Of a DNA stretch of 34,957 nt, positions 21,311-34,400 are shown in pieces (positions within the stretch are counted from its first letter, which is position 1; the number at the start of each line of letters is the position of its first letter). The notes under the pieces are model-generated. The model ran no database searches. It saw only the letters and a program-made list of their open reading frames with translations, and was not told where the DNA came from. The stretch spans positions 1 through 34,957 of the forward strand of contig ML002385.1 in NCBI GenBank assembly GCA_003614675.1, in the 5' to 3' direction. The translations under genes were made by a program, and so were the position numbers. The stretch comes from Dimargaris cristalligena. Lineage: Eukaryota.

Positions 21311-22716
21311 ATGACCGATAACAAGCTAAGCAACAAACTGGGCCTCGCCGAGGTTGACGTCAAAGGCAAGCGTGTGCTGATCCGCGTCGACTTCAACGTA
21401 CCCTTCCAGAACGGCAAGATTTCCAACAACCAGCGCATCACCGCTGCCCTGCCCACTATCCAATACGCCCTGGACAAAGGTATGTCAGCTCCCCGGGATA
21501 ACTGCCCCTCTTCACTCATTCTATCGCATTGAAACCAACCCGGTTGACCCGCCCGCCTCCCCAACTCCATAACTCACCCCCCCCCGATTATACTATATTT
21601 TTCTATTTACGCACCCTGTCTCCAGATGCCTCCGCGGTTATTCTCATGAGCCACCTGGGTCGCCCCAATGGTGAAGTCGTGGCCAAATACTCCCTCCGCC
21701 CCGTTGCGGAAGAGCTCAGCAGCCTGCTCGACCGCCCCGTCGAATTCCTGGATAACTGCGTGGGTGCCGAGGTTGAGAAGGCCTGCGCCGCTGCCTCGGG
21801 CGGTAAGGTTATCCTGCTGGAGAACCTGCGCTACCACATTGAGGAAGAGGGCAGCCGCAAGGAGGCCGATGGCAAGAAGGTCAAGGCCGACCCCGCTGCC
21901 GTGGAGAAGTTCCGCGCCTCGCTGTCCAAGCTGGGTGACGTCTACGTCAACGATGCCTTCGGTACCGCTCACCGAGCCCACAGCTCCATGGTCGGAGTTA
22001 ACCTGCCCGTACGGGCCGCCGGTTTCCTGATGAAGAAGGAACTTGACTTCTTCAGCAAGGCCCTCGAGAACCCCGAACGGCCCTTCCTGGCCATTCTGGG
22101 TGGTGCCAAGGTGTCCGACAAGATCCAGCTGATTGATAACCTGCTCGACAAGGTCAACATGATGATCATCGGTGGCGGCATGGCCTATACCTTCAAGAAG
22201 ACCCTTGAGAACATGAAGATCGGCAACTCTCTGTTCGACCAGGCTGGTTCGGAAATTGTGGCCAAGTTGGTCGAAAAGGCCCACCGCAACAACGTCCAAT
22301 TAATCCTTCCCGTCGATTTCATCACAGCCGATGACTTCTCGCCCGACGCCAAGACCGGCTACGCCAAGCAGAGCGAGGGTATCCCCGAGGGCTGGCAGGG
22401 TCTGGACTGCGGTGACGAGTCCAACAAGCTCAACCGCGACGCTATCCTGAGCGCCCGCACCATCATCTGGAACGGTCCCTTGGGCGTGTTCGAGTTCGAA
22501 AAGTTCGCCACCGGTACCCGCAAGGGCCTGGAAGCCGTGGCCGAGGCCACCAAGAACGGCGCCACTACCATCATCGGCGGCGGTGACACCGCCACCGCTT
22601 GTGCCAAGTGGGATTTCGAAAACAAGGTCAGCCATGTCAGTACTGGGGGTGGTGCTAGTTTGGAGCTCCTTGAGGGTAAGGCCCTGCCCGGTGTGGCTTC
22701 CCTGTCCTCCAAATGA
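21311..22716 (+). CDS. PGK1: Phosphoglycerate kinase; exons 21311-21479 and 21626-22716 (419 aa)
   Basis: RVDFNVP in exon 1; [67 protein letters not shown] in exon 2. The splice restores the frame (K-D-A). Confidence 0.98.
21480..21625 (+). other. Spliceosomal intron of PGK (146 nt, phase 1)
   Basis: GTATGT donor, CCAG acceptor; joins two PGK-homologous frames. Confidence 0.93.
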
Positions 22717-23459
22717 TTTGCCAAATCAGGAACTCCCCATCTTTAAGGACCTGTGATTGGGGGAAAAGCAGAGGTGCGTTTATAGAGATATACCATTGGT
22801 ATGGTTACATTTGTCCCTATTAATTAGAACACCCCCCCCCCCTTTACCACTCTCTCCACTCCCGGTATTGTCGCAAACATTATTGGATGAGCAAGCTGGG
22901 GACGACTATGCTTCTTATTTGGGTTGGTTTTCCCCCAAGTAAACTATGCTCGTGCCTCTCGAAATCGAATGGCGGTTTCTACTGACTATTCAAAACTAAA
23001 AACAAATGCGCGTCTCCCCCCTCTCATTCCTCCCATTTCGGTCAAAATCAGCGCCCCCTTTCTATCTCTGCAATTCCCTAGCGGGTGAGCAGCTTTTGAT
23101 CCCCTGTATCCATTACATCTTATAAAAATATATCTATTTGGGAATAAACTTCAGTCAGGACTTTTATTTAAGGATGATACCCACAGGGTATTATTATATG
23201 AACTAACGAGTGATTGTGTACTATTGTCGGTAGGAAAGCGCCGGCCCTTTCTGATCTATGAGTGTGGTTTAAACCCAACTGGATTGTAGTTTGAATGGAC
23301 TTGCCAAGAAAATAGGCGCAAAACGGCATTATAAGTAGTATGCCCTACCACCATTCCTCAATTTTTTCGTTTTACAGCCTGACCAAACCTCACATATTGA
23401 TTTTTAATAACCTCCGTGATGGCTCATTTAAGCCGATGGAAGTCCGCGGGTTGGATCCA

Positions 23460-24419
23460 CTAAACATGGTTGCTCTTATGTCTAGTTAATTCCTCTTTCA
23501 GCATAAATGCCTTAGTGCACTTGCCACAGTGGAATTTATGGGTATTGTGCATGCGTCTTATATGTGTTTGAAATGTAAATTCAGATCCAAACTGAGTGTC
23601 GCATAGCGAACACTTTAAGTCACCGATTTCAGCGGAGGTACCGGGCAAGCTGGGGGCATTACCAAGTGGAGGAGGGGAATCCGCCTCCGGAAGAGCTGGT
23701 TGGCTAATCTGGTTAACCAAGGGTGGTTGGGGTTTAGGTACCATCATCACCCGGAAAGTTCCCGTGGTGGGGCCGCTGGGTCGAGGGAGGGGCTGAAACC
23801 TTTTCATTCGATCAGCCGGGGTAGCCAATCGGAGGGGGAGAAGAGAGTTGTTCAGTCGGGATGTAAATGGGCGTTCTAAACGTTGTTTCGCGATGAGCCT
23901 GGGCTTGGGCTTGGGCTTGGGTTTATCGGCTGATGTACGGAGGATGTACGGCGCACTACGGATATCATAGGACTGGCGTGGGTTATGGAGAGGGACGAGA
24001 CGAATCATATCAGAGGGTGGCGGCGGTGGGGAGGCGGGGTTTTCGTCATCACTATCGCCAATACCGCTACCACCACCCGTACTACTACTACTACTACTAC
24101 TACCACTTCCATTACTATCGGAATCGCTACCAGCGGAGACCGTTGGTGGTAGAAGTGCTGCGGGTGGCAGGTGGGGGGTTGTGAGCGGTAGCAGTATGGG
24201 CTGATGGCAGGGCACCGGGGCAGGGGTTGGTTGGTAAGGATGGTCGACCGGACTTTGTTCGGTCATGATTAAATTAAGCAAGTGATCGAGGGCCCAATCC
24301 TGGTCTTCCGGAAAAAACAACCCGGTAGTAGCGGAGGATGGTTGAAGGCCCCAGCTGCACCACAAAAGGATACACCACCACGCGCAGGGTAGGTGAGCTA
24401 TAGTAAGTAAACCCTTCAT
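23460..24419 (-). CDS. Two-finger C2H2 zinc-finger protein with an apparent N-terminal signal peptide (319 aa)
   Basis: First ATG at 24419: MKGLLTIAHLPCAWWCILLWCSWGLQPSSA|TT. C-terminal CSLCDTQFGSEFTFQTHIRRMH and CGKCTKAFMLKEELTRHKSNH. Pro/Ser-rich middle, basic KPKPKPKPR..KQR patch. Confidence 0.85.
   Translation of the reverse strand: MKGLLTIAHLPCAWWCILLWCSWGLQPSSATTGLFFPEDQDWALDHLLNLIMTEQSPVDHPYQPTPAPVPCHQPILLPLTTPHLPPAALLPPTVSAGSDSDSNGSGSSSSSSSTGGGSGIGDSDDENPASPPPPPSDMIRLVPLHNPRQSYDIRSAPYILRTSADKPKPKPKPRLIAKQRLERPFTSRLNNSLLPLRLATPADRMKRFQPLPRPSGPTTGTFRVMMVPKPQPPLVNQISQPALPEADSPPPLGNAPSLPGTSAEIGDLKCSLCDTQFGSEFTFQTHIRRMHNTHKFHCGKCTKAFMLKEELTRHKSNHV
24080..24102. repeat. (CTA/TAG)n trinucleotide microsatellite encoding the poly-Ser run of the C2H2 protein
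   Basis: tactactactactactactac run in the coding region. Confidence 0.75.
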
Positions 24420-26498
24420 TGGGAAGGTGGTGGTGGTCACGGGGCGGCTTAAGGGAGTTTGGTAATAAGCCCCAACAGAAAACGTTTGGTTTAGCGGCCC
24501 GTTGGTTGCCTAAAGTGATTCCGAATAGGCCAAAATATAATCGTAAATACTGTCAAAACGAAAATGAAATCATGAAAAAGAGTCAAACTGTTGAATTAAA
24601 CAAGGTCGATCTTAGAGAAATTACCGACTATTTATGCTATTTTTTATTTGCGCTCATAATTAGATATCTTTAATGGGTATGCACTTGCAAAAAAAAAAGC
24701 CAATATTTCCCTGGTCATCCATTGTTTACCTGAAGTGGATGAATTATACACAGCCCCAATCTGAAGATTGATGGTCAAGAGAAATGGACAGTTTTGTGGT
24801 ACCTAAATCTCACACTGCGCCAGCCAGTGGCCGCTTATCTGTAAATCATTATAATCGGCAGCCGCACTAGCCGTTTCTTTAGTTATTACCTATTGGGAAA
24901 TGGCAAGGTCTGGGTTGTACCTTTCCAACATGTGACGGAAGCAGGCATATCGCATGCGTTACACTGGTTTTTGAAACAAGTGATGGTGGATAAGACGTGG
25001 TTGAGATGCATCGTTATCAAATATGATAATCCGCTCAAATCCAGGGTGCCTTGTATTTTCCAGGACGGTCGCACCCTAGAGCCGCTCGAGATAATTTCAT
25101 GGTCGTGTGTGCGGATCGCCCACTATGGTCTAGTATATGGGTAATCGAAGGCGGGAGCTATCAAAGCGACGTGATAAACCGACTCGGAGATACTGTAAGC
25201 ACTTTAAAGCCGCTCGGCTAATAGTTGGATATCGCCTTTATACTCTCGGTGACCAAAGCCCCCAGCTTACCAATGACTGGACTTAGTAGCGATCTTGTTG
25301 ACCCAACGCCGACCTTACCAGTTCGTAAATTTTCCAATGATTTCATCTTTAGTAGTTATCTAAATGTATAAAGACAAATTGATAATCCATCGGGACATAC
25401 CTTCGTGGTTATTTCCATGATTATAGGCCAGTCCATCGGACAGTCACCCAAGCCATGCTGTACACCGTGTCCAAAGCCTTGCACTCTAGAGGCGATCATT
25501 ATCCGACTCTTAAGGGAATATCAGCTCTTAAGTGTTCCCAGCCTATATCCGATTTATAATCTAGTACCAGGGTTAGATTGTAATCCGTCATTATGATTTA
25601 ACTACTCTTCCCCGCGTTATTTAAGAGTTTTCTATATATTACAACTCATCCAGTTCAATGGGGGCCGTCTTTCTATAATAAGGCGTACTATTGATCAGTA
25701 ACGGGTATATTCTGTTGACGGTAAACACTGCAGCCTGGATTTATCACTTTCAAGAAATCTCAAATCAAGTGGTGTTTTTTTTTCCTGGGTTTTTACTGTT
25801 GTATTATACCCAAAATGTGTAGCCCAGTCCCAGGCTAGTAATGCCGATTTCCTACATTGTACATTCAGAAGTAGACATTGTTATAATTGAACGTAAAGTT
25901 TTATAAGGTATACCTTGACTAACTTGGGGCAAAAGTCTCTATTAGATCATTCTTGGCCCCGTACGCATGCATTGGGACTTGCAATTCACATTTTGCCCGA
26001 AAGATTATATTTATATGAATCTACAGTGGGTGTGAATAGTATTTATACATTTGCCGCTGGGTTCGATATAACTCCGACTACTTATGTACAGATAGATTAT
26101 ATCAGCCAATATCGGAGGGGGCTGTTACGATCTATTGCAATAGTCAACCCATTCGCCTGTTGGGAAGTGGATGGTTATCTTACTTTCGTTAGCTATCTCT
26201 CTGCTAACAGAATAAGCCGCGCCTTGCCATCCCTTCGGAACCCGCTCCAAACACATCTCCGATTCAACTATTTGTTAAAAGGTCCGTATATGAACATTGT
26301 CCTAGTTATTTGTGGTTATAAATGTTTATTAGGTGATGGAAGCGACAACTGGATAAACCAACTGGGGTTAACTAACAGAAAGGATTGGAATTCAAGTCGA
26401 ATAGGGGGTCGACTGAGGAGGGGGGGGGTACCTTGGGCGGATGACGGGCAGCGAGGCCACAAAAATTCGTTGAGGACGAGTATAGTGGAGTGGGGTAT

Positions 26499-26672
26499 TT
26501 ACCAGCCCCAGCTGGAGCCCCAGCCAAGGCCGACACCGCCGCTGTCGTTGCCGGACCCGCCGGTCAATTGGCGCTTGCTCAAATCAGGGGCGCGGAACTC
26601 AGAAGGGCCAGCCTGGGCACCAACGAAGAGAACAGCCACGGCGGCGATGACAGCGAAGCGAATGGAAACCAT
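26499..26672 (-). CDS. Secreted prepro-peptide, 57 aa, copy 2
   Basis: MVSIRFAVIAAVAVLFVGAQAGPSEFRAPDLSKRQLTGGSGNDSGGVGLGWGSSWGW*. Only 2 nt differ from copy 1 (gtt gtc vs gtc atc, V9I in the signal peptide). TATAAA at 26805-26810 and AATAAA at 26325-26330 on minus. Confidence 0.88.
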   Translation of the reverse strand: MVSIRFAVIAAVAVLFVGAQAGPSEFRAPDLSKRQLTGGSGNDSGGVGLGWGSSWGW

Positions 26673-26928
26673 GGTTAATAGAATGGATACAGTTAGTGGG
26701 GGGTTGAGGTGATAGGAGTTGGAGTTGGAGTTGGAGGATAAGCGGTGTGTTGGAGGGTAGTGGAACTTGTGGATGTCGTTTCTTGGTGGGCGCAGAAGAA
26801 CTCCTTTATATTCGCCGGGGGGAGGGGTTGCCAGGATAGAGCCGGTACGTCAATAGGTGCCTTATGCAATAAGGGACTTAGTCTACCTACCGTTCTAGAT
26901 TGACAATGGGTCATTAAGGTGTGGATCA

Positions 26929-27216
26929 TTGGCAGTTTGACACTCTGCTTCTACTTCCCAGGGCGCATTAGCTTGCGGTGTAGTAGGCCTTGCCGGCACC
27001 AATTGCATCCATCAAGGCGTGATTGCCAGAGTAGGTTGGGTTAAGCACATGTATTCTGCCGGCCAAAGGTCCGACGTACGCGAAGGATTCACCAAATTCC
27101 CATAGCTCCAGCCAAAGGTGGGTTATTTACACTGGATTGGTTAAAGTAAGCCTAGCCCAGTTAAATGACAGACAGGGCTTTAAACTAGGGAGATGATCCT
27201 GGTCGGAAAGTGTCTA
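26929..27216 (-). promoter_or_regulatory. 288-bp near-identical non-coding block upstream of the peptide gene (copy 2)
   Basis: Reverse complement of 5108-5395 with 6 mismatches. Confidence 0.5.
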
Positions 27217-30200
27217 GTAGCCGGGGAACTGCCAGCTGCAGCTCTCTAGCCGGTTGAGGCCTTGTCAATCGCCAAAGGTATCTTCCCTGTATCCCATGTA
27301 GAGCGAATACATTATGGCGCAATACCCAAACACAACTCCAGGCGAATCTTTAAATATTTAACATTGGCTGGTGAGCTGACCACCTACTCAGAAAGGGATC
27401 CGTCAATGAGGAACCACTATTGGTCGACCAGCCTATCTAACCCAGGGATGGGAACTCTCACCCGGGGACTGGGCCAACCCCCTACGAGGGAAGTTTGCCC
27501 TGGCAACGCAGCTTCCAGGCATATCCCTGGATTGTTATTCAAAGGAGTGGTGTATGCTGAGTGTGAAATGTTTAGCGACCTTGCACGGCGGCTCGATATT
27601 TTAGCCCGAAGTACTCACTAGTAGCCGTACCCATTGGCTTTAATTGAATTGCTCGGCTTTTGACCCCCGATAAAGCTGGGTCACCTAGTCTGCTATAATT
27701 CAGCCCTCTGACTCGGTGAATTATTCATTGTGCTCGATAACATTCTTCAATCGAGCACTTAGGGGCTGTTGCGCCGTAATAGCCACTTACCATATAGGAA
27801 GCGCATCTTGGCACTGCTTCGGACAGACCAAGCTTCTTTTTAGCAGAATAGTGGAGGTCCAATCACCCAAAAACAAAACACTACGAGGTAGTTGTAAACC
27901 AGCAATGGGTATACTGGATGATACACCGTGCCGATCCGCCCGGGTAGCCCTAATAGGTTCAGCAGTAAGCAGGGTTGTGAAGGTCGTCTCGACGCCGCTA
28001 ATTAGAATCACCTTATTTGGTTTATTGGGCTAAAAGGGCCTGGTTAGCAGTATGTGAGAATGACTTGCGTTAAATCCCCGACCATGACTCGTAGACCGCC
28101 CCGGGTGATTATGGGATTGACCTAGCCTGCACCCGGTGGACTTTTTAGTTCTACCCACGTACTCGTGACAGGGCCTATGTCGGTGGTTTAGGGCGGGAGG
28201 GCACAATCGACAAATACTAAGAATTCGCCTAGCACCAACCAAAATTCTGCGACTGGAGCTATGGATATCTATATTTTAAGAACCCTGCACTATCCCTACA
28301 ACGCTAACTTGTTAAGTTTAACTGTATAGTAACATCGTCCGGGGCAAACAGCTGGGCGATTGGTTGAAGATAAGCATTCCATTTGAAGGAGAAATTCATG
28401 AGAGTTGTTTTGGACGAACGGAGCGACTTCCCCTATTGCTCTATAGAGTAGTTTTGTACTACGTTGACTCGCGCAAAATTCGATTATACAACCTCATTAT
28501 GTTAATAGAGGGGAAATAAAATATAGAGCGAGGATTCGTTTCTTATCCTTCTCCCGTTTAAAATTCTTCCTACCAGCCGACCCTATTTAGTTTAGTTTAT
28601 TTTTAGAGTCAAAATGTATTATATGCCGTGGTCTTTACACATGTTCACGGCGACTTTCTGGATATTGCAGACCGTGTAATAGTCCATTGAGCGTAATAAG
28701 TATTGCCAATAAATAACAAAACGTTGACAGCATCCATTAATGGTAATAGGTCAGAGTTCGCATTTTGGGATTTCAAAGGGGTATGCTATCTTATCAGTCA
28801 ATGGATGACCGACCAATATGGACATTGCTATTTGTGACTAAGGGCATTCGACGATTTACTCTACTCCACTATAGCACCCCTTTCTATTTTTGAGGTTAAG
28901 GAGCGGCATGACAGAATGGATTTACCGTGGTAATTGGCATGAAGGGGTGGTGGTGGACTACTCCAATTGTAGACAATCACGCGTACAGTATTTCTAGTTC
29001 AGCGCAAACCACGCAGTGCTAGTGACATTATGTAACCTGGGATGAATGGTGAAGTGCAATTTGCTAGAACAGGATATTGGCGATAATTTTAATTGTTTTA
29101 ACTGGGTGCCATATACCTCGAATCCAGAGGAGTTAAATGTTCGCAATGTGTCTCCACTACTACGTGCAATGTTTATTCATTTTTTACCAATAACATCTGC
29201 CACATTAAGTGTATTTTTTGTTATACAGCCTTGTTGAACCTCCCACATGCGGTCGAAACAGGCGCACTATTACGTTATTGCCACTAGACTGCCGTGGAAT
29301 AGACAAACCTGGTAAATGTCCAGGTACAATAACTCTAGTCGGTCTTCGTTTACTCAGTGTAGCAGCCCCTACACTGCAGTGAAGCAATCTCGGGTGTGGT
29401 GGACCCCTCTTCCCTATAGCAGACACGGAGGATTCCAGATAGGCCCACTGCAATGGGAAGGCCGGCCGCCAGGACAATGTCCACTTTTCTCTGAAGAATA
29501 AGCAGCATACTAGCAAATCAGATACTAGGACCCTCCTATACCATGTCTCTCGCCGTGTCATTTCAACCCAGTGGCTCTATTGTCGACTAGTCCAGTACAG
29601 ATGGTCACCGTGGTAGCAAGTGATGTGCGGATGGCTTTCACGGTATTGGTGTGCAATATTCAGAGCGCGGATCCTAGTAGCTTCTATTCGTCCGCCGTAC
29701 TCATGTGGACCACTATCGACACAGCGACTTGTCACCTACTAGACTTATTTTATTTATTTTTCCGGTTGATAACCGCGTAGAGGTATAAGACGATTTCTAT
29801 TCGTGGTGAAAAGCGTTGGTAAAAGAGACATGGGTATATCATAGTAATCTTACGGATTTGGGGGCACTGTTAGAACACCTAACCAATCTGTCACCTTCAG
29901 TCGAGGCTCAATATCATTTATTCCCGTAGTAATACCAATACTCTTATTCATATGGGTGAAATTCGGCCCAGCTATATAAGGGTTTACATTATACGTGTAT
30001 GGGAAATGTATTTTTAACTAGTAATATTGGCCGAATCTAATGGATTTTTCGTTGTACAGCTTAGATGAACTTCTCCCATATGTATAGGGGGAACCTACAG
30101 GAATCATCATGTCAGTAGGTACAGTAAGGAATTGGCGCCTGGCAGGAGTGGGGAATTCCAATGGCATGTATAAAATATAAATGTCCCATCGAGGGTATGC

Positions 30201-31457
30201 AAGTGATAAGCACATATCGGTAAAGAGGGATCACTCCTGACAATCCATATTCCCTGTGCGAAAGCAGAGCAGGGCGGTAGAGATGTAGAGTAAGATGTCG
30301 GAGGGGGCATTGTCGGGAGGTCTATTCCGGCTTGAAATTCACTGGTCACCCTTTGGATAGAGGTGGATTCCCGAGAAGGATAGCAACGCCGAATTAACCA
30401 AATGAGCCATAATCCTACCGATGGAGGCGATATACCCGACCAAACCGGGAATTGATAAACGACAACAGGGTTCAGTGGGAAAATAGAAGTGGAAAAGAGA
30501 GAGAGAAAATGAAACAATGAATCCGGCCAGGAGTAACGCCGATGAGGCCCAGGGCTACTGTCACCATCCCCATGTTTGCCCAGCTGATCGAGGCACGGCC
30601 GGCGGGGCCATTTCCCCTGGACTCGAGGCGGCAACACTCCCCTTAATAGAGGTCCATTGGCAGAGTTGGTGCGGGGGCATGGTTAAGCAAACCACCCGCG
30701 GAAGGGCATTGTACTCTGTAGTCCAACGCTCTACTGACGCGTGATTTCGTGACTTAGGCACTTGCCTATTGTTATTGGCAATTACCCCTGGAATACGAGG
30801 CAGGGTCTGTGTGGTGCGGTATGGGATGTGTGGTATAGTACGGTACGGTTCGGGGAAGGGCCCTCGGTATTACCTTCCAGCCGCCCGGTTCCACCAAACA
30901 TTTACACCGGCATGGTCAGTTCAAAAAGATGGCGGGTGTGTTACTGATTCATTCGACCTACTCGCCCCGCCAGGAACCGCGATGGTGGGCATTTGATAGA
31001 GCTGGTCTAGCCAGCCTAAATACCGTTTCGCCAGGCAGGGTGATCGACGTACGGGGTTGGCGGCTGGGAGGGCGGTCCTTTATTATTTTTTTTCATTCAA
31101 GCGTGAATGGGTCCATATAGTACTAGAGCCCACCCGTCATTCAGTGGTCTCAGTAGTGCCATTCAGACCCTCCCAGTGCCGTTATTGGCCCACCGAACCT
31201 GGTTCAAAGTCCGCCTCTTCTTTAGGTAGTCTTCGCTGCGTGCGCGATTCCTTCCTCTCGTTTGCTAGTTTTCCTTCTCTTGCTTTGGCTATAGCCCCCT
31301 ACAATACCTTTCCTTCCCTCCCTCCCACTCTAGCCAGCCCTGTTTCCATACGTATTCGTCTTTTTAGGTAGCACCACCGTCATTTAGGCCCCGCGTTTGT
31401 AGTCCAGCCTCTGGAGTCGTCGCAGTTGTAGCGATAGTAATAGTCGCCGTGTCCCCC

Positions 31458-34400
31458 ATGCTATCCACCCCCACGCTACCCCACAGGGTCAGCCAGCGCC
31501 ATACTCTGGATAGCCTGGCGCCCCTTGACCCTCGCCAAAGCACCCTCTCGACCATTTCGGGCCACCCCTCCGCCAGTCCGGCGCCCTTTGCCCCGGCCCA
31601 GCAGGAGCTCGTGGAACATATCCTCAATGCCACCCAAACCTACCCACTGCTACCCGCGAGCGAGGGTCAGGCCCTCGAAACCCAATGCCATACCCTCCAG
31701 GCCGACATTGCCGGCCTCTCCGCCCGCGTTGAAAAGGAGGTTCGGATGGGTGAAGGTCTGCGCAAATTACTTAAAACGCAGGAGGACGATCCCAACGCGA
31801 GCTGGAAGACCCAAAACGAAATCGCCCTGTGCGAGAACCGTATTCTATCCCTTAATAAGGAAATCCACGACAAGAGCTATCTCCGCCTCACCTTTGAGAA
31901 TGAACTGCACCACCACTACTTGGCTGCTTTCCGGAACCAGCTGATCTGGCACCGGGACCTGGCCCAGTCCACTTACGGCTGGACCACTCCCATGGTCCTG
32001 GACTCGGGCCGGTCCACGGTCGCCGATAATTCTCCCTTGGCGTCAGTGGACCCCCACCCGTCTTTAAGTACCCTTCCCGTATTGTCCGCCAAAGGTACCA
32101 CTGTTCCACTCTCCGCTGCCACAGCAGCCGATAGGCCACCGCCGTCCGACACCCCGGCCAAACCCGTCGAGTCCCCGGAGACCACCCAGCGGGTTCGCCT
32201 CCTACAGGGTCGCATCCAGCAACTGGCCATCGAGCTGTACCAAGCCCAGGACGAACTGGTGACCCAGCAGTCCAATAACAAGCGGGTATCGATGGAGCGC
32301 AACCAGCTGCTGCGTCAGGTGCGCGCCCTGCAGCTGGGTCTGGACACCATTTTTCTATACACTCAAGAGCCCTACTCGGTCGCCTCTGAGGACATTGACC
32401 TGCGTGAATCCCTAGACCAACTGTTTGCCGAGCATGATCGTTCATCCTTTATAACCGCCACTTCGGCCGCCGATGACCCCAGCCCTTCGAACCGTCAGAG
32501 TTTGGTGGGCTCTAACTGGAGTCCGGCAGCTTCCAAACGGCTGTCCCATCTGAACACCCTGCCCAATGACACCGAGGCTACGCTAGGTGATCCTCAGCAA
32601 CTGAAACTCACCTCCCGGCAGTTTACCCTACGCCTGTACGACGCTTTCACCAAGTGTCGTAATGACGTATGCGACGCCAACGCCCAGCTCAAGTCGAAAG
32701 TCCAATACCTCAAGATCCTACGCAAATTCGTCGACCTGCACGATATCGATGCCCCGCCACCCCACCTAGTCGGCCGCCCCGACGCCCGATATTCCTTTCC
32801 CTCCAGCCAAACCCAGACCTCCATGGACGAGGAAATGGCGCGTGACTCCCACTTGTTTGAGTGGTTTAACAAGCATAACCAGCGCCGGCTGACCAGCAAT
32901 CCCAACCCCCAGCGACACACCATTAACGGCTCCCGGGCTTTGGGCATGCTCGGTGAAGGGGAGATCGCCCGTAGTCCCCACCCAGCGGCCGGGCCGCTGC
33001 CCAGTGAACCCATTCCGGCGGCAACCCCCGATAAGGAAGCCCGACCCCCCTCCACTTTCAAACAACTGCGTCGCCAACTCTCGACCGTGCTGCGGGCTAG
33101 CCAGAGCCCAAGTAAATCCACCGAGCGAAAGAAATCGACCGGCGGATGGTTTCGACCCAAGTCCATTCTCCGACCCGAAGCCGAGCATACCATGTCCCAG
33201 ACCTCCCCTCTGATGAGAAACCAGAGCCCCACCATCAATAAGCGCCATACGGTGGCTTCCACCGACCACGAGCCCCTGTTTTCCCCCGCCGGTACCATCC
33301 GAAACTCGTCCAGTGACCAGCATATTCGGCAGTGGATCGCCCCGCCGGATACTATGGCGGAATCTTTCGGGCCGCTCCCCCCTAGCGAAAACCACTCGAT
33401 CCGTCACCGCATCGCTCCACCCCCCGCACCTCAGTTTCTGGCCCCGCTCCAGACGCACCCTGATTTTGCGGGATATGAGTCCCATATCACCCAACGGCTG
33501 GGTAACCTGGAAAATGCCATTTACGAACGAGATACGGTCATTTCCGAGCTCACCGGCCAGTTGCGCGAACTTACTCTCAATCTGGACCACATTCAAAGCC
33601 GACACCTCAAGGTGGTGCGGCCGATCAAAAACGTGTTCTACCAGCTACCAATCTTCGCCCCACAGACCACGTTTATCCCGCCCAGGGCTTTGGCCGAATG
33701 GATCGAGCAGGAGCAGCATAAGCAGCAGGCGGCAGTACTCAAGTACATTGAAGGACCCCCGGCCCCAGCGCCGAGTACACCCGTCTCTAAACAGAGCCTT
33801 CCCCCCTCCCGAACCTCCCTCCAGTTCCTGAACCGATCCCACCGCAATTCTGTGGAGCAAACAGGGGCCGTGATCGGCAATCCCGTTCCGGTAATACCTT
33901 CTAACCTCCACACAACCACCACAATTACTAATCGTACCACCTCAACGTTAACGCTGACCACCACCACCACTTGGGACCCGAGTACCGTTACCCACCCCTC
34001 CGCCCCGAGGCGCACCTCCTCCGCGCAATGGCCCACTGAATTGTCCACCATGACGACGGACAAGGTGATCGATTTAACCCAGGCCATACTGCCCGACCAG
34101 CTTCCCCGCTACATGTTTAATTTTGCCGAATTTCTGGAGCGTATCGATACCCTGATCCAAGAGAACGCCGGCCTCCACAGCCAGGTCTACCACCTCGAAC
34201 TGGTCCGAGTAGAATTGGATCAAGTCCGCGAGCAGCTGTACAACGATCGGGAAAATCTAGTCATCGAACGGGAACAACTCTATCACGACCGGGAAGTTCT
34301 GTGGGAGGAGAAGCAGACCCTACTCACCGACCGCGCCCGATTAGCCGAACAGGTGGCCAATTTCAATACCCATTTTGGAGCCGCTTCCCTGTCGGCCGAC

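Larger units (their letters stand above)
25745..28810 (-). repeat. Right arm of the inverted duplication (partner ~3780-6500), with ~270 bp extra sequence at ~28480-28755
   Basis: Same reverse-complement anchors as the left arm. Boundaries approximate. Confidence 0.92.

Noticed and set aside
29046..31371. Short ORFs between the right arm and the Uds1-domain gene
   Set aside because: No recognisable domains, signal peptides or coding-like codon bias.
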